A stretch of DNA of 64,000 nt from Blastocystis sp. subtype 4 (lineage: Eukaryota), in the NCBI RefSeq assembly GCF_000743755.1, contig NW_014569535.1, forward strand, positions 1-64,000, given 5' to 3'. Below the pieces are notes generated by a model, which saw only the letters and a program-made list of their open reading frames with translations, did no database searches and was not told where the DNA came from. The translations under genes were made by a program, and so were the position numbers. This document shows, piece by piece, positions 11,208-26,200 of the stretch (the stretch's first letter is position 1; each line of letters begins with the position of its first letter).

Positions 11208-14200
11208 ATGGATAACTCAGTAAACAAGTTATTTGTTCCGAAGTAGGAATACGATAGCTATGAATTGCTAATATTTAGTGAGTGTCTGGGCAATGTACAC
11301 TCATTTCAGTCGAATCTTGTTCAAGTTGTAAATGAGTATCTTCAAGCTGTTGTTAAATGTGAATCTGTTCAGACTACCCAAGTTCAAGAGATTCTAGAGA
11401 GTCTGACGTTTTTGCTACCAGTTGTTCCAGAATTGGTCCAGCCAGTAGTTGTCTTTTTATCGTCTCTTCATAATCCATTCAATGAATGGTTGTCCCAAGG
11501 TGATTTGACGTCATGGAGAACTCTTTATCGTTTGTTACCGTTTGTAGTGGACAAAATTCGTGGAATTTGGACTTGGGAATCTCTTTTTGATTTCCTATCA
11601 TGCGATAACCTCAAGATCCGTTTCTACGCATGCAAAATTGTATGTTCTTTATTGAACAAGACAGAGAATGAGCGCTGTCAAATGGAACGACTCCTTGGAG
11701 TTGATCAGTCATCTGTCTTTCAGTCAACAGTGCTGATGGATCTTCAGAAGGAGGAGGGTTGTTATCAAGAAACAATTCGGAACGCACGACGAGACTATCT
11801 TCAGAGGAGCATTCCTTCCTCTCTAGCGTCAATGGAAGAAGAGCAAGAAGAGTCTTATTCCTCCCAGCAATATGTCAATGTATGTGGATTCATTATTCCC
11901 TGTAATAGCCGTCCATCATCAAATATGCGTGCAAATACATCGCAGACAACAGAACGCATAGATTCTTTCGTTCTTACAGAAACTTCGAAGCTTAATTTGC
12001 AGCATGTCTGTCTCCAAATGCAGGATTCCACTCCCATTTTGCTTCAAGGAGCTTCAGGATGTGGCAAAACCCGTTTATTCCAGCATTTAGCTCATCTAAC
12101 GAATAACGATGACTATATACAATTATACCTCGATGATCAGACTGATGCCAAAACTCTCATTGGTAATTATGTGTGTACTGATGTCCCTGGAGAGTTCGTG
12201 TTTCAACCAGGTACTTTGACTCAAGCCATCTCTCAAGGTACTTGGATCATCATTGAGGACATTGATAAGATCCCATTTGATATTGTGTCGACACTCTTAC
12301 CAATCATCGAGAAGGGAGAGTTGAGTATTCCAAGTCGAGGAATGACAATTCCTGTTCATGAGAACTTCCGCTTGTTTGGTACAAGTTGCCACAGTTGTAC
12401 TGCCAATAATAGTCCCATTAATAGTTTCTTGAGTAATCATTGGCATGTAGTCAATGTTGAGGGGTTCACTCTTTTGGACCTGCAGACTGTGATTATGAAT
12501 CGGTATCCTCTTCTTCGAGAGCCAATTGTATGAATGGAATGATAGAATGATTCTTAGAGAGATCGAGTTTTGATCACATTTGAGGTGTTCAACCTTCCTT
12601 CTGCTCACGAGATGAGTCAGGAGACTCACAATCAGCAAGTATTAGGAGTGCTTCAAAAGCATTCTCCCGTATCTGTGAACATAACATCTGAAGAGTTGAC
12701 CTTAATGAAAGCCGAACTCTTGCGGTAGTCTTTCATCTCTTCATTTATTCTAGAAATGGAAAGCCTGTCACAAGCAGAGACATCCTCAAGTGGTGCCAGC
12801 GAATGAACACGAATAATGTCATCACTTCTCTTACGAATGATAATCTCTCCGAGAAGACTCGGAAACTGATTCTGGATGAGGCTTTAGATGTGTTTGCTGG
12901 ATGTTTACCGGCTGGACGAGGTCGAATGATTCTTTCACGTGTTCTTGCCATTATTTGGAATCTTTCTACAGCCTCTGTTGAAGGATATGTCCAGGCTGCT
13001 CCTCAGTTTGAGTTAGGAAAGAAGGCACTTGTGATAGGACGTGTTCAGATGCCTCTGGCTGCAGATGGACTGAGAAATCGACGATTCTTCAAGACAAAAC
13101 AGAGTCTGCGTCTGATGGAACAAATCTGTGTGTGTATTAGGAATGTGGAACCTATGCTGTTAGTCGGAGAGACAGGCTGTGGTAAGACCACTGTCATTCA
13201 GTACGTGGCTGAGTTGATGGGCCAAGAATTGGTTGTATTGAATATGAATGAACAAACGCAGTGTAGTGATCTTGTGGGAGGATTCAAGCCTGTGGATCTG
13301 CGTCAGTTGGCCATTCCTCTGTACAATCGATGTTGTGAGTTGTTTAACGCATTGTTTGCCGATAATGTGAAATTGAGAAAAGGATATGATTGATAGAAGC
13401 ATCCTAGTTTCAAGCCCTCATTGAAGAATGCTCTGGATAGTGAAGACTACAAGAAGCTTGTTGGCCGGTTTCAGAATTTCATTTCGTTCGCTACTACCAA
13501 GATTGCAAAGGCAAAAGAACAAAGTCAGCAGGCTCAACGACCTACAGAGAAGTATGATCGATGGAAGCTCGTGTTGGATGAGTTTCTCACATCCGTGGTC
13601 ACCTTTGAGAAGAAGGTACAACAAGTGGAGAACAGTTTTGCATTCTCGTTCGTGCCTGGAGCCTTGGTGGATGCCATTGAGAAGGGTAAGTGGGTTTTGT
13701 TAGATGAGTTGAATTTGGCTCCTGGCGAGGTATTACAGCGACTGAGTGGTCTATTAGAAGATGCATCCAGTAGTCTGATTCTGAGTGAACGTGGTGATGT
13801 AACTCCCATTCGACGTCATCCCAACTTCCGTATCTTTGCAGCTATGAATCCTGCCACCGATGTAGGGAAGAAGGCACTCGCTCCCTCTGTCCGGAACCGA
13901 TTCAGTGAATTCTATGTAGATGAATTGACAGACAAGAGCGATTTGGAGTTGATTGTGCGCAGTGCTCTGGAGAGTTCGCCTGCTAATGACACATCTGTTG
14001 CGTCTCGCATTGTGGACTTCTATCTCCTCGCCCGAACTAAAGCTGAGTCCCAGTTGGTAGACGGAGGAAATAAGAGTCCTCGTTACTCTCTACGTACACT
14101 TTGTCGAGGACTGGATTTTGTGAATGGAGCAAGTGATATGAAACTATCATTCCGTGTAGCATTGTATGAGGGTTTGTGTATGGCATTCCTAACCATGTTG

Positions 14201-17200
14201 GATGTTCCTTCTCAGCAGATCATGAAGAAACTGATTCAAGATACCGTATTCTTTGGAGGTGATGTGGTTTCCATGTATCCATCGAAGAATCCAGGTGGTA
14301 CGAACAGTCATAAGGAGGATTATGTGTTGGTGAACAAATATTGGCTTCCAAAGGGCGACAGTCCTTGTGTGGATTTGTCTCAAGAGCAAGATGGTAAACC
14401 ACCTCGTTTCATTCTTACTGACTCTGTTCGAAGTCGTCTCGATGATCTCTGTCGAGCCGTGCTCATGCATACATGTCCTGTACTTCTCCAAGGACCTACA
14501 TCGTCAGGTAAGACTTCCATGATCATGTATTTAGCTGCTCTCACAGGTCACCGATGTGTGCGTATCAACAATCATGAATACACTGATCTTCAGGACTATA
14601 CTGGTATCTACATCTCTTCACCATCAGGTCAGTTGGTGTTTCATGAAGGTTTACTTGTGGAAGCTCTAAGAAATGGATACTGGGTGATTCTCGATGAACT
14701 TAATCTTGCTCCTTCAGAAGTATTGGAGGCCTTGAACCGTCTATTGGATGATAATCGTGAACTATATATTCCTGAGACCAATACGATCGTGAGACCTCAT
14801 CCGAATTTCATGCTCTTTGCAACCCAGAATCCTCCAGGCAAGTACGGAGGCAGAAAGGTCCTCAGTAGAGCTTTTCGGAACCGTTTCCTTGAGATGCATG
14901 TTGAAGATCTGCCTGCAGAGGAATTACAAGTGATTATTCAGAAGCGATCTCGTGTGTGTGAACGTTTTGCACGGGAAATGATTCAAGTGATGCAACGTCT
15001 TCAGATCGAACGACTGAATAGCAATGTGTTTGCTGGGAAGGATGGCTTTATCACGCCACGTGACTTGTTGCGATGGGGAAATCGTTGTCCAGCATCGAGT
15101 GAGGTGAGTGAAATGTGGAGGAATGATCCTTAGGAACTGGCTTATCACGGTTATTTACTATTAGCAGAGCGCTTACGTCGTGATGATGAACGAGCGAAGG
15201 TAAAAAGTGTGATTGAAGAGATCTGCAAAGTGAAGATTGATTTGAACGAATTCTATCTCCAAGACACAATTATCAATCGAATGATGACCCCAACAGGTGC
15301 TGAGCCATCACAAACACAGCTGTGGAATCTGGCAACTCTTCAAAGACTCCAAAATGCGATTAGTATTGATTATGCAACAAATGAATCTATTCCGAGTGGT
15401 CTGAAGAGTATTGCTATTACTGGCACACTTCAGAAGATGTTTAAGTTGATTGGTTTGTGTTTGCATTATGATGAGCCTGTTCTGTTGGTAGGAGGAACAG
15501 GTTGTGGTAAGACAACTGCAGTCCAATTAGTTGCTCAAGCTTTGAAACAACGACTTGTGATTCTGAATTGGTAGGAATGAGAAAATGGGATGATGATAAG
15601 CCATGCTCATACTGAAACAAGTGATATTATTGGAGGTCAACGTCCTTCTCGTACTCATGAGGCAGACTCGATTCTATTCAAGCAAATCCTCTTACGTCTT
15701 CTTCCTTTCATTGCTGATATATGTCCTATTCCTGATGTATTCCCTGCAGAACCACGACCTTCTCAAGATGTTCTATCTAATTGGATCCTACACGAATCAC
15801 CAGCTTCATTGATGGCATGGATATCGCCAACACTCCAAACATATACTTCACATGCAAATGAAGAGGAAAAGAATCTTGTGAATGAACTTCGGGAAGTGTA
15901 TGGAAAATATCAGACCATCTTCAACTGGCAAGATGGTCCTTTGCTATCAACAATGCAGCGAGGAGATATATTCCTGTTGGATGAGATTTCATTGGCTGAA
16001 GATGCTGTATTGGAGCGTATGAATTCTGTATTAGAAAATGAACGACAAGTCACAGTACCGGAGAAGGGAGGTGAATGCATTGAAACAATCACTGCAAATC
16101 CTTCCTTCCGTCTCCTGGCTACGATGAATCCAGGAGGAGATTTTGGTAAGAAAGAGTTGAGTGCTGCACTGCGGAATCGATTTACTGAGATTTGGGTGTC
16201 TCCATTGAATGGACTCGAGGATCTAAAGCAGATAATGAGAGATCGGATCCGAATGCATGAGCGAGGAAGTATCTATTTCCCTTCCATATCAGAAGCTACA
16301 CAAGAGAATCTGGTTGCAGTTCTGCTTCCTTTTGTTGATCGAATCCTCACCTTTGTGGATTACTACAATGTGATCATGAATGCTAATACCACAAGCAGTC
16401 AGAATCGGACTGAAGCTACCACTCGTGATATTCTCTCCATTATTGATTTCATGAAATTGGCTGTTTCTCATCTCAGTATGACGCCTTTCGTCGCTTTTGC
16501 TGAGGCTCTGCAAATGATTCTTCTTGATGGACTAGGTATTGGAACCAACTTAAACAGTACGCAAGCGAATGAGTATAGGATGAAGTGTGTTGAGAAGATG
16601 ATGGATTTGGTACCATCACAAGAACAGATAACGATACAGAACTACTACAAGGCATCCAATCAGATTGTTTGTGATTACCAGCACTTTGGTGTCAGTCCGT
16701 ATTTGCTCTCTCTCACAACAACAGCTTCACAGGGAGTAGATCTATCGGATTATGACTTTGCTGCTCCCACAACATGTAATAATCTGAAGCGCGTATTGCG
16801 AGCTCTTCAACTTCATAAACCTATCTTGCTTGAAGGATCTCCTGGTGTTGGTAAGACCTCTCTTATCATAGCAATCGCTCAAGTGATTGGACAACCTATT
16901 GTCCGAGTGAATCTCAGTGAGCAGACAGATATAGCGGATTTGTTGGGTAGTGATCTTCCAGTACCAGCAGATGAACAAACTACAGATGAAGCTGGTAATT
17001 GCGTGAAGTTCCGTTGGTCCGATGGTGTTCTGTTGAGTGCAATCAAAAATGGTGCTTGGTTATTATTGGATGAACTGAATCTTGCCTCTCAACAAGTATT
17101 AGAAGGATTGAATTCATGTTTGGATCATCGTGCTACTGTCTACATTCCAGAGATTGATAAGGAGTTTCATTGTCCAAGTAGTTTCCAGATCTTTGCATGC

Positions 17201-20200
17201 CAAGTAAGAATAGAAGGATAAACTGATAATTAGAATCCTCTTGAAGAAGGAGGAGGTCGAAAAGGTTTGCCACGATCCTTCATAAACCGTTTTGCTAGAG
17301 TTTATGTTGATACATTGAAAGAAGAGGATATGATCCTGATTGGCCATCAGCTTCTTCAGAAGAAACTTCATGATTACTATGGACTAGATAATGCATGTGT
17401 CAACGAGAATGCTTATCAAGCTATTGTTGATAAAATGGTGAGATTTGTCGTTCAGTTGGATGAGTTACAAAACCGTGGGAGAGCAAAGAATGTGAATTCA
17501 TTTGAATTTAATCTACGAGATGTATTCCGTTGGTGTGATTTGATGTTAGTGAATCAGGAGTATGAGAAAATGGAAAGAATAATGAATAGTGTGAACGATT
17601 GGCATCCCGAGATGTTCGTCTCTATGCTCTTCTTACAGCGAATGCGTGATTCTTTGCAGAGACAACGTGTCTTAGATCTATTTAATGCAACCTTCTCTAT
17701 GCACTTTACTCCTGCTGCTTTCCCTTCTTTCCACATTACGGATACAACAATCCAGATTGGTAATGCTATTAGTCGCCGCATCAACTCTACACAGTCCTCA
17801 TATGATCAACCTCTCCTTCGTCAATCCTTACCTTATCTCGAAAGTCTTCTCTTTGCTGTTCAAAACAAATTACCGTGTCTTTTAGTAGGTGATAGTGGAA
17901 GTGGCAAGAGCTATTCGTTGAAGACTCTGGCTAGTTTATTGAATGTTCGTTTGTATGAATACAATATGAATACCACGACAGATGCAACTGAGATTCTGGG
18001 GTGTTTCGAGCAAGTTGAAGCAAGTCGCCATTATTCACGGTTATTGAATGAATTAGTTTCTTTGCTACAAAGTTTTCTGTGGAGAGTTCTCATCAGCAAT
18101 TGTTCGGCTGCTGCTGCTCCAGAGGATCGTGCAGACAAACGTCTTCGAGTGAACAGTATGGGGGATACTCGTGCTTCTATGGATGTGACCACTGAACAGA
18201 CAGAAAGATCCTCTCCTGAGCTATCTAGGAAGCGATCATATGAGATGAGTCCTCGATATGGAGCAATGTTAAGTGCTGAAGGTGTATCAGTTCTCTATTC
18301 GTTGATTGCATATTTGAAACAAGAGGTTATGAATTTGGTGAGTAGTGGGAATGAGAGTGAACATCGTGAAGAAATCGAGATGGTGATGGAACGTTGTCGA
18401 TCCAATCTTCAGAGTCTTCTCCAAGCAGTTGATGAAGCGTATGTTTCTGAGACAGTTGCTTTGTTGAAGCCAGTAGAGGGTATTCTGAATACTATTCGAG
18501 CAATTCATCATACTTCGAATCGTGTGAGTTTTGAGTGGATTGATGGATCCTTGATTGAAGCAATCGTTCGAGGCTATTGGGTTGTATTTGACAATGTCAA
18601 CTTTTGTAATGCTTCGGTCTTGGATCGACTCAATAGCCTTCTTGAAAACAATGGAAGTCTCTTGATCAATGAATGTGGTCTAGTCGATGGAAAGGAACGA
18701 GTAATTCGACCTCACAATGACTTTAGAATTTTCTTTGTGATGAATCCTGCTTTTGGAGAGATCTCACGAGCAATGCGCAATCGATGTGTTGAGATTTACC
18801 TCATACATTCTTCTTCTCTTACTCAACCTATTCAGGAGACTCAAAAGACCTCTACACGTTTGTGGGATGAATTTGATATTGTCAACAGTTATCATGTGAA
18901 TGACTTCCATTTGGTTCTGTTGATACTTCAGACTTATAATGATATTCGACAGTTATATACTTCTTCTCTTGCTCGTCTGAATACTCGCTATCTCCAGCGT
19001 TTTACTGCCCTCTCTGTTGAACAATTAGAACGAGGATTGGATCTGGAAGAAGCTGTTTCTTCTTCTGCTATCAGTGTGTTCAATAATTCTGCTGTGATTG
19101 AATATATGAAGAGTCTTCGTTGGCATAGTCTTGTTGATACTTATCACCGTTCAAAAGAGTTCTGTGAAAATTGTGGGATCCCAACTGATCTCTTTCTTAC
19201 GCATCAGGAATCTTCATTAAAGTGTATTTGTAATGATGCTTCGGATGTACAAGTGTTGCGTGAGAGCGTATTACTCAATTATCTCATTCGTGCTGTGTCG
19301 ATGCAACAATTGAATGAAACGGACATTCAGAACTGGATTCAGTTGTTACCTGAAGCTTCAGTAATGCAAGAGTTCTATTCGAAGCTTATCTTCTTTGCTA
19401 GGCATCTTTCAGACGAGAACTTTGGTCTCTGTGTGGTAGCAAGTTGTCTGCTCTTCATGCGTAGCAGGCCAAATCTTCATCATATTGAGGTTGTATTGAC
19501 TCCTTCGGTCCATGATGCAGTGACTGCAGAAGCAGCCAACAAGGTATTTATGATGGTACGAGAAGCATTGAGTGCTATTCGAGGATGTTCGATCTACAAG
19601 AACTTGAAAGAGCAGCAACAGCAAGTTAAGGAGTATTTACAGCGTAGTACTACATCTGTTCAAAGAAGTCATATTCCTCTTTTCAGCAACAATTTGGATG
19701 AATCACAACTGTGTTCAGCTGATGAATTGTTTGCTCAGTTCCCTCTCTTCATTTCGTTGTCTGATCCAGTGATATACCGACTACAAAAGCTTGTAGTGAA
19801 CTTAGGTTTGTTGAATCGTGATATGAACTATTCGAGAGTCTTAGAGAGACTCAATCAAGCTGTCAGACACATGAATCTCCTTTCCTCCATGGTACCGCTT
19901 CTTACACTACTCTCTCTTGAAGCGCAGAATGCAAAACAGAAGGTTCAAGGTCAAACTCTCAACTCTCAGACATTAGGAGAACGAAGTGTATTGGAAGTTA
20001 GTCTACTTCTGGCTCAAGGTATGTTAGATGAGACTCAGGTTCAGAACAGAACAGTTGCTGTAGCTGTTCCTCTGGTATCTTCTCTTATTCGATCTCTGAT
20101 GGTCTTTATTGTAAGGGATATGGATGGAGAAGAAGTCGTTCTGATGATAGAGTATGTTATGAATCTTCTCCAAGTGTTCAAACAGACACATTATTCCAGT

Positions 20201-23200
20201 GTACTTGTGACTAAGACAAGTCAACACTACAATACTCAATTGATTGCTTTCTTACAACTGTTCAATAGTGCTTATACTCATTTCCATTCACTTATTCATT
20301 CATCAGCAATTAGTTCTGAGGAAGAGGAATATCGAAAGAATGTTTCCACAATTCTCCAATCTCTTCATATTGTAAGTAATATTTCAATGGACAATAAGTT
20401 ATGGAGTATGATTGGACGTCCTTTGATGTCCTATCAATCCGATGCTTTCTCTCTCTTCATGGAAACACTTGGAAGACTATCAATGAATCGGTTTATGTTC
20501 ACTGGTTCGATCACTCCTTCATCACTTCTTCACACATGTAGTGAATCCTATGTGTTAATGAATGAGGAGGAGAAACGAACTATTGTTGAGGCGATGGCAA
20601 CATTAATGTGGCTCTCTCAATCATCTTCACAGTTTGCAGAGACTGGAACAGCGGGGGTCGTAACAGTGGAACAGTTGAAGGAGATATTGATCATGACGTT
20701 CAAGAGGTATGATCAGCGAGTACAAGAGAGTGTTCATGTTATTGATACAACCTTCCAAGGGTCTGTTGAACTTGGTGAAGATGAAGCAAGTGAGGTTGTA
20801 TTTGTCCAAGAGGAAGCATTTTCATTATATGAACGACTTTTGTTTGATGTAGCTTTCATGAAGGAGACTCAGAAGGAACAGGCTCGCCTGCTACCTATTT
20901 TGTTCCAAGATGTAACCTCTTCAACTGTTCGTGAGGTGTATCAGAAGCAACTCTCAGCATCAACCTCCTCTCCTGAACAATTAATGGTACTGCGACAAAT
21001 TGGTTGGCAAGCTGATGTTACGATGAAGGAGAAGCAGAAGGTTTTACTCTCAAATCAGCTGGAATATCTGCGATTATATCTGGAGAACTACTGGTCTGAT
21101 TTTGCTCTGGGATATCACATTCTTCAGGAGGATGAATTTTTGCAGAAAGACCTTGATATGGCACGAGAAGAGGGATTAGGTGCTGGTATGGCTCTGACTC
21201 CTTATACTGCTGTGAATGTACAAGGTCTGTTATCTCCTTTACTTAGTGTGCGAGGTCAGCAAATAAAGAATTCCCGCGATCGTGTTGAATTACTTGAAAC
21301 ATACAAGAAACTCTTTGTAGAGCTGTTTAGTGTATTTGAGAAGGTACATATGAATAGACTGATTGATCCATAGAAAGCTTCAGGTCCTACAGTTCTGGAA
21401 TCAGAAGTGGATACAATCTGGGAACTGACATTCCAGTTGCTGAGTAGTATATCAGTGCAATGTAATCCTGTTCGTGAACGTGGTCTATCGGGTCTTACTG
21501 TGAACGATATTGACATGATTCAAAGGATCATTCAAGCAGAACTCGATAGAGCAACAGATGCAACATGTCTTCGGTTTGAATCATTATGTCTTACTGTCAT
21601 ACCAGGACTTCTCCATCTTCTAGGCCTCTTGCAGAATGTTCCTTCAGATCGACTATTGCTCGTTGTCGTAGTAAGTGAGAGTTGGTTAGTACTGGGTCTG
21701 CTTCTATTCTTTCTGCTGTTACCATGCAGTATTCTCGACCCTCTGCTTCAAGACTATGTTGAAGGTCAAATCCGACAGTCAATGACTGGAAACTTGTTAG
21801 ATATGTTATTTGTGCTGAATTATCAATCGTCTGTATTGAATGGTGATCTTGGTGAATCGGGTTCAATTGCTGCTGAGATGAAATCGTTGTATGCTACAGT
21901 TGTGAAGAAGAATGAGAAGGTAGCACAAGAGCTACAACGTAGTCAGTTTGTGAGAGAGAGTGCAAACTCATTCGACCAACTGTATTCAACACTATATTCA
22001 TTTGGAGTGAGCATCATCTCATTATCACGTCTTCATAGTATCCAATATCGTTCAATCAATCATCTTCTTCTCTGTATTCATAATGGTAGTTTGGTGTGTA
22101 AGAATGAAACTGTTTCTGTTTTGGAGCGTATTCCTGAAGTAATCACTACAATCTTCAGAAGACTTCAGACAAGTCCATTTGTGGCTTCAACAGCAGAAGT
22201 AACAATTCCAGAGTTGAATGATGATATGGCTTTATTGACGAAGGAGGAAGCGATTCTCCAGAGTAATATCCAGAGCTTCAAGCAGTCATTACAGCGTAGC
22301 TACAGTGGGTACCGAGATATCATATTGCCTATTCAAGGAGCAGTTAGTCAGTTGCAACATGGATTACAAGAACTCATTACTGTATCAAATGCCGTGTCCT
22401 CTCAGATCAATTTGTCTCTTGGGAACCTGAGTACACACTATCGCTTCTTACAGGCATTTACACAGTTCCCATTCCGAGTGATATCAATGGATTATCACAC
22501 GTTAGGAGGTGAAATGACAGCACTAATGAATCTGGATGTCCTAAAGAATGCTCGATCGAAGTCTCTTGTCTTCAGATCCTTGCTAACACAACTCCTCTTG
22601 TTCAATGTGACTGTCTTACGTCGAACTACTGCTGACAGTGCTATCACAGATTTCATTTCAAGTTTCACAGATCTGTTCAACGCACAGAAGGAGGCAGAAG
22701 CTAAAAAGGTGAGTTTGATATCATGAAATAATTAGTAGCGTGCTGAGGAGGAGAAGACTGTGGAGTTCCGAACTCGTACTGTGAATATTGAAAATATCAG
22801 TAGCAATGAGGAGGCTATTGAGGCAGCCTTCAAGGAACAGTTCCCCGATTACCAGTTGCTCTTCGATGAAGATGCTCAGGCTCAAGCAGCTGCGCAGGGA
22901 GACACTCTCGATCTGGTAGCTCTGGAAAAGGCAGCAAAAGGAAGTGGGGACTTAGGAAACAAGGAGGAATGGACAGTAAGCAATGGAGATATTGCATATG
23001 TGAGAAATGTTATTCAGCTCCTTGTCACCTCGAATTCCACCTCAGATTCCGTTGTGGTTCCTGTACGTGAACAGTTGGTGTTCCTGAATGGTTGTGTTAC
23101 TTCGAATCTGGAGAAAGAAGTGCGTGGACTAGTATTGAGTGACTTTGAATCTGCTTCCTCGCTGTTTATCCTCTTACAACTTAAGTTAGGGAAGGAGGTG

Positions 23201-26200
23201 ACAGAAGGCAGAGATTTGGCTTCGTTACTTCATCCGTCCCGAGGTTATTCCTTCCATAATCATAGCAATATAGCAGAAGCAGAGAATTGTGCTCGTGTAC
23301 TACTGTCTCTAAAGCGTCGTGTATTTGAGTTGCTTCGTATGTATCCTACCCATGTGGTGCTACAGTATCTCTGTCGATTGATTGATAAGATGCTGGAGTT
23401 ATCTATCACTACTCCATTGTCTGTTATGCTTCCTGGTATTGAGGTATTGTCACGTCGAATGCATGACTGGGAAGTGAGTGCTGCTCAGGTAGTCTCGTTG
23501 GCAGAGCACATCAAGCAAGTGAATAAGCTGATTATTCGATGGAGACAGTTGGAGTTGCAAAGTTGGGGCTCGTTCCTAGATGATGAGGATGAGAAAGCAG
23601 CACAGAGAAATACCGACTATTTCTGTCAATTATATTCCATGTTACTGCCTCGAGACTCTCTGCAGAGTGTTCAGCGTGTGTTGGAGGTTCCTTCAGAGAC
23701 ATATTCGCTTCTCTCATCTTTCTGCAGTCGTGTAGGTGTGTGTCCACAGGATCTCTGGGTGCTTCTGTCTTCTTCTAGTGTCATTCGACGAACTCTTGGG
23801 ATTCGGAAGGATGAGAATGATAGTGAGACTGTGGCGATGTTGAAGACTGGAGAGATCCTCTCAGAGGAAGCTATTCAATACACTCATTCATTAATTGAGA
23901 TTCTGGACTCATATCTCCGTGGAAGCCCATTATTAGAGTTCACATCTCGCCTTCATTTGCTGTTGTTACTCTCTCGATTCTTAAAACTCCAGCTACAACA
24001 GCATCGAGTGAAAGATACGATAGTAGAGTTGAATATGAATGTATTGTATCACATTACACGCTTGTACTCTGTGTTCCTTCCTGCTGTTCAAACTTATATC
24101 AATGAGATACGAGTTCCTATTGAAAAACAGTTGAAGGATCAAGTAAAACTAGGCAAATGGGACGATCAGAGTTATTTCTCCTTGCGAGAAACATCGCTTA
24201 AGATCCATCGTCAGTTGTTCAAGCTTGTGTACGAATATCGAGATGCCAACAACCTGAAGGTGAGTATTGTTCTTGATAAATTCCTTGAGAATGAACTAGT
24301 TGTGAAAGAACAACAGAAAGGCAAGCAGGAGAAAGAAGACATTGTTCTCAACCAGTTGAAACCTAAGGATACGATGTTTAGAAGTAGTAATTCCCGTGGT
24401 AATGAGTATCTCCAAAGATTGGAAGAGCAACTTCTGCAAGAGAATCATTCCCTTCAAGAATTGGCTTCTTTGAAGCGATGTGATCAGATCATCCAGAGAA
24501 TGCATCAGATCCTAAGTGCCTCTGTGATGACTCACATTCTGGGAGAAATTCAACCTGGTGATGCTCTCGAAGATTTGGCAACCACAATTATCGTGACAGC
24601 AGAGGAATTACGTCAGGAAAAGGAATACACAGTTCGTAAGCAAAAGGCTTTTGCTTCTCTTTTGAGTCAACTGAAAGATCAAGGCATTTCACACCTCAAA
24701 TCCAATATTCCTTCATTCCAACAGCAGTTTGATTACGTGATGCGTCTCTCGATCCCTGAAATGCGAAATCTCCCTTCAATCACGCGTGGTATGGCTGCGG
24801 AAGTTCCCAGTACTCAGCAGAATATTACTCTGTTTACTCGGTTGTGGACAAAGGCTGATCAATACTTCTATAAGAATCATTTGCTACTTACAGCGCTGCG
24901 TGTCCAAGTCAGTCAGCAGGTGAGCGATCAGTTGACAGCAGCAGATATCCGAAGATGTGTTGGCTACAGCGAGAATCTGATGTTGAATCTACTTCAGGAA
25001 CGTGAAGTGATTCTTTCTCTTGGATCTGAGATTAGCAGTCTTAACGGTACTCTCCAGCACATCCAACATATTGCCTATCACTACCAGGATGATGCTCATG
25101 AGGTCCTTGATGTGTGTCCTGTTCTAATGGAGATAGCTCCTACTCTGGAGACTCTGTTAACGTCAAATATTGAAATACTGGCTGAGCTTCTGTTCTTCTG
25201 TCAGCGTGTAGCAGGAGAGATTCAGATCCCCTCTCGATTTGTTGAGCTCTGTGAGGAATCAAAGCGAATATTGGAAACAGAACTTGATCGACTGACTGTG
25301 CGTGATGATTCGCTTGCATATCGTCTTTATGCAGTGACAAGTCCTGCTCTCTTCGTCTCTACACTATCGCATCTTCAAGAGGTATTGAAGAATCTGCTGT
25401 TGATGGCAAATGAAGAGGATAGTGGGGTCTTCCAGCAAGAACATTTACAAGTGGCTGTGGATCACTGGCAGCAAACAGAAGCCATTGTTCAGACGAGTCT
25501 GAGACGTGTGCGTGAAGGTATTGTAACTATGGGATCAGGAGAAATGGATTCGATTGATACTACTCTGATGCGAGAAGTACTTGCAAAGAGGAACCAGCTG
25601 GTGTCTCGATTACTGAGAATCGTGCAAGGCTTACAGCGTCAGAGTGAAAGTCACAAAACTATGGAGTCATTCACATTCCAGCAGATGCATGAAGCACTGT
25701 TACAGACATGGACTACTCTCTCTCTTGGAAGTGTTCATATGGAGTTGAAGGAGTTTATTGCTGCTATTCTGGAGACAAGAGAAATGACTTTTGCTATGAG
25801 TCTATCATTGTTGCCCCAAGTGATTACACTAGTCCAACAAGTGACAGTAGAAGCAATTGAAATTCTTATGAGAGGTGTGATGTTGAATAAGAGTATGGGA
25901 AAACTGGAATACGTATTACTGAGGCTATTCCGTGAAGTGCTGAAGAAGGGTTTCTGTTTGCCTCCAAAGGAAGAAGAGAAGGAGAAGAAGGAGGAAGGAG
26001 AGATGCAAGATGGAACAGGAATGGGAGATGGTATTGGTGAACAAGATGTGACAGACCAGTTAGAGAGTAAGGAACAGTTGGATGGATTGAAGCAGGATAA
26101 GGAGAACGAAGAGAAGCCGGAGCAAGAAGAGAAAGAAGAGAATACAGGAATGGATGTGGAAGATGATTTTGATGGACAAATGGAGAATGTGAAGGAAGAG